From Thermodesulfobacterium hydrogeniphilum (GTDB taxonomy: Bacteria; Desulfobacterota; Thermodesulfobacteria; Thermodesulfobacteriales; Thermodesulfobacteriaceae), in the NCBI RefSeq assembly GCF_000746255.1, contig NZ_JQKW01000012.1:1-24000 (forward strand): 24,000 nucleotides of DNA. The letters are read 5' to 3'. Below are positions 1 through 11,320 of this stretch, piece by piece. The position numbers were made by a program, and so were the translations under genes. The notes beneath the pieces were generated by a model. The model was not told the DNA's origin, ran no database searches, and saw only the letters and a list, made by a program, of their open reading frames with translations. The number at the start of each line of letters is the position of its first letter. Position 1 is the first letter of the stretch.

Positions 1-2651
<2,651 letters not shown>

Positions 2652-2709
2652 AGAACCAGCTTAAAGATCCAAAGGATACCCTATTCACTTGTTTAAAATA
2701 TTTTAGATT

Positions 2710-2829
2710 TCCCGGGTGCCTATACCGGAGGGGAAACACCCGTTCCCATTCCGAACACGGTCGTTAAGCCCTCCAGGGCCGATGGTACTGGGGCGTTACC
2801 GCCCTGGGAGAGTAGGTCGGTGCCCGGGA
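2710..2829 (+). rRNA. rrf: 5S ribosomal RNA
   Basis: About 120 nt. Helix I pairs 5' 'tcccgggtgcc' with 3' 'ggtgcccggga'. Conserved 5S core strings 'ccgaacacgg', 'gccgatggtactg' and 'gggagagtaggtcgg' are present. It lies ~58 nt downstream of the 23S 3' end, the usual rrn order. Confidence 0.95.
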
Positions 2830-2840
2830 TTTTTTTATTT
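2830..2840 (+). terminator. Possible rrn operon termination tract (T-run immediately after 5S helix I)
   Basis: Seven consecutive T (2830-2836), then 'attt', follow the G+C-rich 3' strand of 5S helix I. There is no separate local hairpin, so this is only suggestive. Confidence 0.3.
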
Positions 2841-2873
2841 AATAGTTCCTTACTTTGATCAATAATAAATAAT

Positions 2874-4778
2874 ATGAGATTTTTTTTTAAATATTTAGGT
2901 GTTTTATCTTTATTTATCTTTTTTATTCTTTCTATTCTAATTTTCGTTTCTTTTTTATATCTAAAAGTCAGTTTGCCCAGTATCTCTAAGCTTAAAAATT
3001 ACCATCCTCAACAAACCAATATAGTTTATGATATAAATGGAAACATTATAGCTTTCTTGGGTCCTGTTCGTAGAATTTATGTTCCCTTAAAAGATATTCC
3101 TCCTCATGTAATAAAAGCTTTTCTTGCAGCTGAAGATGCTCATTTCTATGAACATAGAGGTATAGATTTTTTAGGAATGTTAAGAGCTTTATATAAAGAT
3201 ATTATACATGGCAAAATAGTTCAAGGTGGAAGCACTATAACCCAACAAGTTGTTAAATCTCTGCTTTTATCTCCTGAAAGAACCATAAGAAGAAAAATAA
3301 AAGAAATATTTTTAGCCTGGCAAATTGAAAAATATTTAACTAAAAATCAAATACTTACTATATATTTAAATCAAATCTATTTAGGAGAAGGAGCCTACGG
3401 GGTAGAAGCAGCAGCTTTAACTTATTTTAATAAACATGTCTGGGAGTTAAATCTTAGTGAAGCAGCAGTTTTAGCAGGTCTTCCAGCAGCTCCAAGTAAA
3501 TATAATCCTTTAAAAAATTATAAATTAGCCCTTGCTCGTAGAAACTACGTTTTAAAAAGAATGGCAGAAGAAGGTTTTATATCTTGGAAAAAAGCTCAGA
3601 TACTCTCTGCTCAGCCTATAAAATTAAATCCAAGAAATATAAGTATTCCTGCTTATGCAGCTTATTTTATAGATGCTATGAAAGAAGAATTAGAAAAAAT
3701 TCTGCCTTCTGAGGTAATTAAACAGGGTGGATTAAGTATTTATACTACCTTAGATCTAAAATGGCAAAAAAAAGCTTATGAAAATGCTATAAAAACTTTG
3801 AATTCTCTTTTTCCAAATAGAAAATCTCCTGAAATAGCTGTAGTGTGTATAGATAATCAGGATGGGGGAGTTAGAGTTCTAATTGGTGGAAAAAACTATC
3901 TTAAATCATCATATAACCGTGCCATTTACGCTAAGCGTCAGCCTGGTTCAGCTTTTAAACCCTTTTTATGGGCAAAGGCTATAGATGATGGAATTTTAAC
4001 TCCTGATGCAATAGTTCCTGATGAACCTTTATACTTGCCAGGAATAAATAATGGTAAAGATTGGGCTCCCAGAAATTATGATGGAAAATACTTAGGCCTT
4101 ATTCCTTTAAAAGATGCTTTAGCTTATTCAAGAAATACAGTAGCTGTCAGAATTGCACTTATGTTAGGTCTTGATAGAATTGCAGATATATTAAATAAAC
4201 TTGATCTTAAATTTAACAAAATTTTAAATTATAGTATAGCCCTGGGAACTTATGAGGTAACACCTTTAGAATTAACCAGATCTTTTACTATATTCCCAAA
4301 TATGGGAAATATGGTAACTCCTAAATTTATAGAAGAAATATATGCAGGACTTATTTATAAAAATCCTAAACCTATATATAAAAGCAAGATAATTATAAAA
4401 CCTGTTATATCTGAATATACCGCTTATATAATGAATGATTTTCTCCAGGCTGTAGTAGAGTATGGAACAGGAAAGTGTGCTCAAGCTTTAGGAGTTCCTG
4501 TGGCAGGTAAAACAGGTACCACTCAGGAATATAAAGATGCCTGGTTTATAGGTTATACCCCCTTTTATACATGCGGAGTTTGGGTAGGGTATGATAAAAA
4601 AAGAAGCTTAGGTAGAGGAGAAACCGGTGGAAAAGTAGCCTGTCCTATTTGGTTAAGTGTAATGAAAAGTATTAACCATGTATCGCAACAATTCCCAGTT
4701 TATATTTCCATCCCTAAAGAAAAAAATATAATTTTACAAAACTCAACCACTGAAAATCTATTGAATGTATTTAATTAG
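2874..4778 (+). CDS. Class A (bifunctional) penicillin-binding protein, PBP1A family: GT51 transglycosylase plus transpeptidase
   Basis: 634-aa ORF with an N-terminal membrane anchor. GT51 motifs 'EDAHFYEHRGID', 'GGSTITQQ' and 'RKIKE'. Transpeptidase motifs SxxK ('SAFKP'), SxN ('SRN') and KTG ('KTGTT'). An in-frame TGA at 2856-2858 prevents upstream extension. Confidence 0.93.
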   Translation: MRFFFKYLGVLSLFIFFILSILIFVSFLYLKVSLPSISKLKNYHPQQTNIVYDINGNIIAFLGPVRRIYVPLKDIPPHVIKAFLAAEDAHFYEHRGIDFLGMLRALYKDIIHGKIVQGGSTITQQVVKSLLLSPERTIRRKIKEIFLAWQIEKYLTKNQILTIYLNQIYLGEGAYGVEAAALTYFNKHVWELNLSEAAVLAGLPAAPSKYNPLKNYKLALARRNYVLKRMAEEGFISWKKAQILSAQPIKLNPRNISIPAYAAYFIDAMKEELEKILPSEVIKQGGLSIYTTLDLKWQKKAYENAIKTLNSLFPNRKSPEIAVVCIDNQDGGVRVLIGGKNYLKSSYNRAIYAKRQPGSAFKPFLWAKAIDDGILTPDAIVPDEPLYLPGINNGKDWAPRNYDGKYLGLIPLKDALAYSRNTVAVRIALMLGLDRIADILNKLDLKFNKILNYSIALGTYEVTPLELTRSFTIFPNMGNMVTPKFIEEIYAGLIYKNPKPIYKSKIIIKPVISEYTAYIMNDFLQAVVEYGTGKCAQALGVPVAGKTGTTQEYKDAWFIGYTPFYTCGVWVGYDKKRSLGRGETGGKVACPIWLSVMKSINHVSQQFPVYISIPKEKNIILQNSTTENLLNVFN

Positions 4779-5494
4779 AATATAGAAATTTCTTCTTCTA
4801 ATTTTTGAAGCTTTCTTGGCAATCTTTCTATATTATCTTTTCTAAAAGTAATAATTTTAAATTTAGAATTCAAAGATTGATGAAGTTTATCTAAAACATC
4901 TTTTACAGGCTCTTTAAACCTTATAAAAACTCTCCTTTTACAAGCATCACTATAACAAAGCTCATCTTTCCAGCTTAATAAGCTATAAATTTCTATATTT
5001 AATTTTTCAAAAATTTCTAAAACATTTTTTATTTCTAAATAAGAATTTACTATTAAACTCACCTGATAAGGACTTTGGTAAACTCCGGTGATATTTACAA
5101 AAATTTTAAAAATATCTGTTTGAGTAATAATTCCTACTACAAAACCATCTTTATTAATTACAGGTAATCCAGAAATTTTATTTTCTAACATTAAAACAGC
5201 AGCATATTCTACAGTATCATCAGGATATACTACAATAGGATCTTTAGTCATAATATCTTTAACTTTAATTTCAGAAAGTAAATAATAGAATTCATGAATA
5301 TCAAAGGCTGTAATTTTAGAAGGAGTAGCTTCTCTTATATCTGAGATAGTTATTATACCAATCAATTTTCCATTTTTAGTAATGGGAATTCTGCGGATTT
5401 TAAATTCTTTTAAAATTTGAATAGCTTTAATAACAGATTCATTTTCATCAAGTGTTATAACTTCTTCTGTCATCCAATGTTGTACTAATAACAT
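4775..5494 (-). CDS. CBS-domain pair protein with C-terminal ACT-like domain (AcuB-like)
   Basis: 239-aa ORF with two CBS repeats ('VITLDENESVIKAIQILKEFKIRRIPI..GKLIGIITISDI' and 'PIVVYPDDTVEYAAVLMLENKISGLPVINKDGFVVGIITQTDI'), followed by a ~90-aa tail. SD 'aggagg' lies upstream of the ATG (plus strand 'cctcct' at ~5504-5509). Confidence 0.85.
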   Translation of the reverse strand: MLLVQHWMTEEVITLDENESVIKAIQILKEFKIRRIPITKNGKLIGIITISDIREATPSKITAFDIHEFYYLLSEIKVKDIMTKDPIVVYPDDTVEYAAVLMLENKISGLPVINKDGFVVGIITQTDIFKIFVNITGVYQSPYQVSLIVNSYLEIKNVLEIFEKLNIEIYSLLSWKDELCYSDACKRRVFIRFKEPVKDVLDKLHQSLNSKFKIITFRKDNIERLPRKLQKLEEEISIF

Positions 5495-5512
5495 TGTTAA
5501 AAACCTCCTAAT

Positions 5513-6424
5513 TTATGAATTAGGTGTAGCATAACTATGTAGTCCTGATAATAAAAAGTTTACTCCAAAATAAGTAAAAAGTACAGAGGCAAAACCTATT
5601 ATGCTTAACCATGCCATTTTTTTTCCTCTCCAACCTCTGGTTAAACGAGCATGGATAGTACCTCCATAAATAAGCCAAGTAATAAAAGACCAAGTTTCTT
5701 TTGGATCCCAGCTCCAATAACTGCCCCAAGCTTGTTCAGCCCAAACTGAACCTGTTATAATTCCTAAGCTAAGCCAGAAAAATCCAAAAAGAATAAGTCT
5801 ATACATCAAATTATCTAAGGTTGTAGGAGAAGGAAGATAGTTTTTAAAATTACTTTTGCTACTTAGTAGATAAAAAATTCCCAAAGCAAAAGCTACAGCA
5901 AAGGCACCATAACCTAAAAAACATGTAATAACATGTGCTATAAGCCAGTTACTTTTTAAAGCAGGAAGAAGGGGTTTTATCTCTGCATCAGCTTTTAAAG
6001 AGGCATAAGACATAATAAAGCTCGCTACCAAAAAAACTATACTTCCAAAAATTTTTGTAGGTAATTTAAATTCTAAAAATAAATAAATACCAGCAGTACA
6101 AAGCCCAAAAAATACCAAAGATTCATAAAGATTAGATAAAGGTATATAACCAAAGCCAGCTTGATGAGTTTGAATCCATCTAACTATAAATGCTAAAAAA
6201 TTTAATATAAAACCACTCCAGCCTATAGTAGAACCTACTAATGCTCCTAATTCCCATTTAAAAATCCAGTATATTAAATAAATTATACCAGCTAATAAAT
6301 ATATAAAAGTACTTAAACTAAATAGCAAACTGTTTTCAGGAAGCAAAGTATGAGTCCCGAAAGCGCTTAAAGCATAAATTAAAATAGCTAAAATACAGCC
6401 TATAAAAAAATTTTTAAATTGCAT
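5513..6424 (-). CDS. ccsA: Cytochrome c assembly protein, CcsA/ResC family (HemX-like size)
   Basis: 303-aa polytopic membrane protein with the Trp-rich heme-handling motif 'WGSYWSWDPKETWSFITW' and conserved flanking His residues. Strong SD (GGAGG, plus strand 'cctcc' ~6433-6437) upstream of the ATG. Confidence 0.8.
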   Translation of the reverse strand: MQFKNFFIGCILAILIYALSAFGTHTLLPENSLLFSLSTFIYLLAGIIYLIYWIFKWELGALVGSTIGWSGFILNFLAFIVRWIQTHQAGFGYIPLSNLYESLVFFGLCTAGIYLFLEFKLPTKIFGSIVFLVASFIMSYASLKADAEIKPLLPALKSNWLIAHVITCFLGYGAFAVAFALGIFYLLSSKSNFKNYLPSPTTLDNLMYRLILFGFFWLSLGIITGSVWAEQAWGSYWSWDPKETWSFITWLIYGGTIHARLTRGWRGKKMAWLSIIGFASVLFTYFGVNFLLSGLHSYATPNS

Positions 6425-6453
6425 TTAATATACCTCCTGCAATTTTTAACTTA

Positions 6454-6481
6454 AATATACTTAGAATTTTATAAAAAACAA
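6454..6481 (-). promoter_or_regulatory. Candidate sigma70-type promoter for the ccsA-like gene
   Basis: Minus strand reads TTGTTT, 16 nt, TATATT in the 64-nt gap between rgy and ccsA. Such matches arise easily by chance in A+T-rich DNA. Confidence 0.25.
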
Positions 6482-6488
6482 CTTTTTT

Positions 6489-9400
6489 CTAAGTAGATAT
6501 TATATTCAAAACTTTCAATAAAGGCAAAAGTTTATGACAGATCTCAATCCACTCTTTTTTCCCCTCTTCAACTTCATCCATAAATTTTTCAAGCTCTCTG
6601 GTAAATTCTTCAGATACATATTCTTCATAATTAGATTTTAAATAATTGTAAACTTCTTTTCCTAAGGGGGTAGGTACTAATCCACCATTTTTAAGTTCAT
6701 AAACATAATACCTTTGTAATAAAGTAGAGACAATTTCAGCATAAGTAGAGGGTCTTCCCAGGCCTCTTTTTTTCATTTCTTGAATAAGAGAACCCTGATT
6801 ATAAAGAAAAACCTTAGGAACTTTAGTATATTGCACATTTTCAGGATATAAATTTTTTGAGGATTTGAAAAGTTGGGGCTTGGTCCAGAAGTATTCATAT
6901 CCAGGTTCAATAATATCCAAAATAAGGGTTTCTTTCCAAGAATAAGAAAGGAGTCTAAATTCAAATACGCCTTTTAAAACTTTTGTTTTTCTGGTCTGGC
7001 TTGCCATAAATCTTCTAAAAATTATATCATAAAGCTTAAAACTATCCTTAGGCTTTTTAAAAGTTAAAAGACCATGTGCTACTCTTAGTTTAATTTCAGT
7101 TAAATCCCAAGGTCGGGTAGGTCTTATACCTTCATGTGCCCCCTCACTATACCATTCTCTTGGAAAAAAATATTCTTCTCCCAAAATCTGAGTAATGTAT
7201 GGTTTGGCTACTTGATAGCGTCCTACATCTGAAATTCTTGTAGAATCTGTTCTATGATAAGTGATTAATCCAAGTTCAAAGAGTTCCTGTAAAAGCTGCA
7301 TAGTGTAAGCTGAAGAAAATTTAAAAAAATGAAAGGCCTCTTCTAAAATTGTATCTGTAGTGTACGGAGGAGGTGGTGAGATTTCATCTTCAAATCGTTT
7401 AATTTCTACTATATTAAGCTTGGGAAATTCCTCTAAAATTTTTTTAGCTAATTCCTTATCTTCAAGTTCAATAGAAAATTTATTTCCATTTAATTCAAAA
7501 CTTATTCTGTATTTGTGTTGTTTAGCTAATTCTGCTCTTTCTATAATCCACCCAAGCACAGGAGTTTGAACTCTGCCAGCAGATAAATAATGTTTTTTAA
7601 AAACCTTCCATAATTGTTGAGAGAGGGAAAACCCTACCCACCTATCTGCTATACGTCTTGCTAACTGGGCTTTAACTCTATACAAATTTATTTCTTGAGG
7701 AGACTCTAAAGCTTTTCTTAAAGCTCTTTCTGTAACTTCATGAAATTCCAATCTTTTTATATTAGGTTGAAAGGGTTTTAAATTTATATATAAATCATAG
7801 GCAATTTTTTCTCCTTCTGCATCAGGATCTGAGGCTACAAAGGTCTTGTCAGCGCAAAAAGAAAGAGTTCTTAAAACCTCAATGATTTCTCCTTTATCAA
7901 ATATTTCTTTACCATTCTTTGGTTTTTCATCTACATACTGTTCTCCTGTCTCTTTGTCAATTTTAATGGTACCAAACACAGGATAAAAATTTCCATTAGA
8001 TTTTAAAACCCCAAATATACCCTTTTTTCTGGAAAGATTAAAAACATGCCCCAAAGAAGCACAAATAGAAAGCAAAGTGTTTTCCATAGGTATTTCATAA
8101 ACCCAGACATTTTTAATTCTTCTAATAGATGGTTTTCCAAAAAAATTCGCAATAGTTTTGGCTTTATGAGGAGATTCTACAATAATAAGATAATTTTTGA
8201 AATCTATTTTTTCTTTAATTAACTTTTGTCTTTCTTCTTTTATTTTTTTATCCAGCTTTAAAGCCTCTTCAAAATTTATCTCTTTAATTTCTGTCTCATC
8301 TCCTAAATAAAACCTAAGGCGTTTTTTAAGGCTATTTAAAGCCTTAAAATTATCAACTAAAATAATAGAAAGCCCTGGTAAAAGCCCTCTTGTAGTTAAT
8401 CTTGAAACTCTACCAGATGCTTGTAGATAAGAAGAGGCATTTCCTACTATCACATTATAACTTCCATCTTCATCCCTTTCTAAAAAGACCTCATCACTTT
8501 TTTCAAGTTTTTTTATAAATTCTGAATTGTTAAGTTTAGATTCCAAAAACTCTTTTATAGAAAGTATTTTCTTATAAAGACCTTCATATTGAGACACTTG
8601 TTCTTCTTTTAAAGTTAAATATCTTTTTAAATAAGCTATATAAGAAAGAGCAGTTATTCTTTCTTCATCTTCAAAAAGAGGCATTAAAGAAAGAGTTATA
8701 TTATGAAGAAATTGAGGAGAAATAGAAAGTGAAAAACCTTCTTTACTTTTTGAAAGCGGAAAAACATGCTTGGGAACTCCTAAAAAAATGACATACCTTA
8801 AAATTTCAGGAAGATCTACACCTCTTACCAAAGGATTACTTATATGACATAATCCTATAGCTACATCTACTTCTTTATTTTTTAAAGCATTTAAAAGATC
8901 TTTTTCCTTAGCCTCTAAATAAGAAATAACTTTATAACCTTTATCTTTTAAGTAATTAGTGGCAATTTCTACATAACTTCTTCCAAAAGCTTCTTCTATA
9001 AATAAAAGCCCACCTTCTTTTAAATATTTTATAAGTTTTTCAGCTTCCTCAAGAAGTTTATAAAAAATAAGATCTTTTTTATCTTTTGAATTTTCTTTTT
9101 CTAAATTATTTAAATCTACAGATATATAAGAGTCTATTACCTTTCTTAAAGTAGAAACAAAACGGGTTATCTCAAAACCAAGAAGGTTTTGGAAAAGAAG
9201 AACTCTGTTAGTTTTAGGCTTAAGAGTGGCAGAAGAAACTATAAGTTGCTTTAATTTGTTTTTATGTTTTTCCTTTATTTTAAGAAGTTTTTCATAATCT
9301 TTTTCATTCTTATTTCTTTTTAAGGCTAATTCTATCTCTTTTTTGGAAAAACCAAGTAATAAAAATAGGTTATCTACATTTTTACCGCTTTTTAAAAAAG

Positions 9401-10025
9401 AATCCACATCATCTACAAAAATAAAAGAAAAATCTATATTTTTCAAAAGATCAAAATTTCTATGCATAAAGGCAGAGGTGCAGATAAAAATATTAAATTT
9501 ACCTTGTTCCAAAAGCTCTTTCTCTTTTTTAGTCCCTGTATAACTTAAAATTCGTTTTGTTTTTAAATAAGGCTCTTTTATTTTTTCTAAATAATTATAA
9601 AGTCTTTCTTCTACCTGTTTTACAAGCATTTTAGTTGGGACTATAATAAGGGCTTTTTTAGTGGTAAGAATACTGCTTATCAACCCAAAAGTGGATTTTC
9701 CTGTGCCAGTGGGAGCTACTATAGCAAAGGATTCACCTAAAAAAAATCTTTTAGCCCATCCTATTTGTAAAGAAGAAGGAGAGGTTTTTAAGATTTGATT
9801 AAAAATTTCTTTAAAAATTTTTACTTTTTTTTCTACTTCACAATAAACTTTTAGATCTTTTAAAGTTTTTTGTGAATCTAAAATATAACATATTTCATTT
9901 ATATTAAATTGAGATAATTTGGATTCTTCATCTAAGCATTTATCACAGGGAAGACCTTTAAAAAGTCTTTCATCAGAAATTATATTATGACAATTGGGAC
10001 AACCGTTGGCAACATAAAAAAGCAT
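6489..10025 (-). CDS. rgy: Reverse gyrase (SF2 helicase-like domain fused to type IA topoisomerase)
   Basis: 1178-aa ORF. N-terminal zinc ribbon 'CPNC...CDKC'. Helicase motifs: Walker A 'APTGTGKS', motif II 'DDVD', motif III 'SAT'. Toprim 'IIVESPHKAKTIANFFG' and 'DPDAEGEKIA'. Type IA catalytic-Tyr motif 'ITYHRTDS'. SD GGAGG upstream of the ATG. Confidence 0.97.
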   Translation of the reverse strand: MLFYVANGCPNCHNIISDERLFKGLPCDKCLDEESKLSQFNINEICYILDSQKTLKDLKVYCEVEKKVKIFKEIFNQILKTSPSSLQIGWAKRFFLGESFAIVAPTGTGKSTFGLISSILTTKKALIIVPTKMLVKQVEERLYNYLEKIKEPYLKTKRILSYTGTKKEKELLEQGKFNIFICTSAFMHRNFDLLKNIDFSFIFVDDVDSFLKSGKNVDNLFLLLGFSKKEIELALKRNKNEKDYEKLLKIKEKHKNKLKQLIVSSATLKPKTNRVLLFQNLLGFEITRFVSTLRKVIDSYISVDLNNLEKENSKDKKDLIFYKLLEEAEKLIKYLKEGGLLFIEEAFGRSYVEIATNYLKDKGYKVISYLEAKEKDLLNALKNKEVDVAIGLCHISNPLVRGVDLPEILRYVIFLGVPKHVFPLSKSKEGFSLSISPQFLHNITLSLMPLFEDEERITALSYIAYLKRYLTLKEEQVSQYEGLYKKILSIKEFLESKLNNSEFIKKLEKSDEVFLERDEDGSYNVIVGNASSYLQASGRVSRLTTRGLLPGLSIILVDNFKALNSLKKRLRFYLGDETEIKEINFEEALKLDKKIKEERQKLIKEKIDFKNYLIIVESPHKAKTIANFFGKPSIRRIKNVWVYEIPMENTLLSICASLGHVFNLSRKKGIFGVLKSNGNFYPVFGTIKIDKETGEQYVDEKPKNGKEIFDKGEIIEVLRTLSFCADKTFVASDPDAEGEKIAYDLYINLKPFQPNIKRLEFHEVTERALRKALESPQEINLYRVKAQLARRIADRWVGFSLSQQLWKVFKKHYLSAGRVQTPVLGWIIERAELAKQHKYRISFELNGNKFSIELEDKELAKKILEEFPKLNIVEIKRFEDEISPPPPYTTDTILEEAFHFFKFSSAYTMQLLQELFELGLITYHRTDSTRISDVGRYQVAKPYITQILGEEYFFPREWYSEGAHEGIRPTRPWDLTEIKLRVAHGLLTFKKPKDSFKLYDIIFRRFMASQTRKTKVLKGVFEFRLLSYSWKETLILDIIEPGYEYFWTKPQLFKSSKNLYPENVQYTKVPKVFLYNQGSLIQEMKKRGLGRPSTYAEIVSTLLQRYYVYELKNGGLVPTPLGKEVYNYLKSNYEEYVSEEFTRELEKFMDEVEEGKKEWIEICHKLLPLLKVLNIIST

Positions 10026-10126
10026 AAAACCTCCTATTCTTTACTTAGCCTGATTCTATTATAATATATAATATTTAAAAACAATAAAAGGAAAATAAAA
10101 AAAAACAAGCCAAGGAAAAAATTTTT

Positions 10127-11320
10127 ATGTTGAATTTTATAATTAAAACCAATGATCTTTTTACCAAGCTAAGCATTCTATCTCAGGCTGCTAAATATGA
10201 TAAAATTTGCACAGGCACAGGAAAAGAATTTAAAACTGATAAAAGCTTTTTGAACGGTATTTATTATACATACCTTTCTAATGGAAAATGTATGCCTCTT
10301 TTAAAGATTCTTTATACCAATATTTGTAAAAATGATTGTAAATACTGCTATAATCGGAGAGCTAATGATATCAAGAGAACTATTTTTTCTCCTGAAGAAA
10401 TAGCAAAACTTAGTGTAGAGCTTTATAAAAAAGGCTATATAAAAGGTTTATTTTTAAGTTCTGGTATCTATCATAGCTCTGATGACACTATGGAGCTTAT
10501 GATAAAAGCTATAGAAATTCTGAGAAAAATCTACGATTTTAAGGGATATATTCATCTTAAGATTTTACCAGGAACTTCTGAAGAGCTAATAAAAAAAGCT
10601 GTAATACTTGCAAATAGAGTAAGCTGTAATATAGAACTTCCAACGCAAAAAAGTTTGAAATTTTTAGCTCCTGAAAAGGATAAGAACGAACTTATAAAAA
10701 CCTTGGCACTTATTAAAAAAGCAAAACTTGAAATAGAAAAACCTGTTTCCTCCTCTACTCAGCTTATTATTGGAGCAACTCCTGATAATGATAAAACTAT
10801 TTTAAATTTAGCAAAAAGTTTATATAAAAATAAACTGGTAAAAAGAATTTATTATTCTGCTTATATCCCTGTTAATAATGATCCTGAGCTTCCTAAAATA
10901 GACAAATCTCCTTATAGAAGAGAACACAGACTTTACCAGGCAGATTGGCTGATAAGATTTTATGGTTTTTCCTTAGATGAAATTTTTTCTGATAAAGAAA
11001 ATTTAGACCTTGAAATAGATCCAAAGCTAAAATGGGCTCTTTCTCATCCTGAATTTTTTCCGGTAGATCTTGCTAAATCTGATTATTGGGAATTAATAAG
11101 AGTGCCTGGTATAGGAATTAAAACTGCTAAAAAGATTATAGAAATTAGAAAAACTTCTGAAATAAATGAAGGAGTATTAAAAAAGCTGGGAATACCTTTA
11201 AAAAAAGCTATGTATTTTATAATAATTAAAGGTAAACCTTTAAAAAGACCAAGTTCTTTTAAAATCAATCAGTTGACTTTTAATTTTTCTTCGGAGAAAA
11301 AAAGTGTCCAATTATTTTGA
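10127..11320 (+). CDS. Radical SAM protein of the 'putative DNA modification/repair radical SAM' type, with C-terminal helix-hairpin-helix
   Basis: 397-aa ORF. N-terminal 'AAKYDKICTGTG', as I recall for the TIGR03916-type family. Radical-SAM cluster motif 'CKNDCKYC' (CxxxCxxC). C-terminal HhH 'IRVPGIGIKTAKKIIEIR'. Family assignment is from memory of the family's features, not from a search. Confidence 0.8.
   Translation: MLNFIIKTNDLFTKLSILSQAAKYDKICTGTGKEFKTDKSFLNGIYYTYLSNGKCMPLLKILYTNICKNDCKYCYNRRANDIKRTIFSPEEIAKLSVELYKKGYIKGLFLSSGIYHSSDDTMELMIKAIEILRKIYDFKGYIHLKILPGTSEELIKKAVILANRVSCNIELPTQKSLKFLAPEKDKNELIKTLALIKKAKLEIEKPVSSSTQLIIGATPDNDKTILNLAKSLYKNKLVKRIYYSAYIPVNNDPELPKIDKSPYRREHRLYQADWLIRFYGFSLDEIFSDKENLDLEIDPKLKWALSHPEFFPVDLAKSDYWELIRVPGIGIKTAKKIIEIRKTSEINEGVLKKLGIPLKKAMYFIIIKGKPLKRPSSFKINQLTFNFSSEKKSVQLF

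Noticed and set aside
10026-10126. A+T palindromes ('tattataatatataata') and an A9 run in the rgy/radical-SAM divergent region as operator or phase-variation sites
   Set aside because: Low-complexity A/T sequence of this kind is expected by chance at this base composition. There is no second copy elsewhere in the window to support a binding-site motif.
4272-11268. Other short nested ORFs (4272-4484, 5535-5729, 6773-6964, 7360-7569, 9343-9543, 11083-11268); also 16428-16610 and 18822-19028
   Set aside because: Each is nested inside a longer, motif-supported CDS, either antisense to it or in another frame of the same strand. Translations are low-complexity, with no SD.
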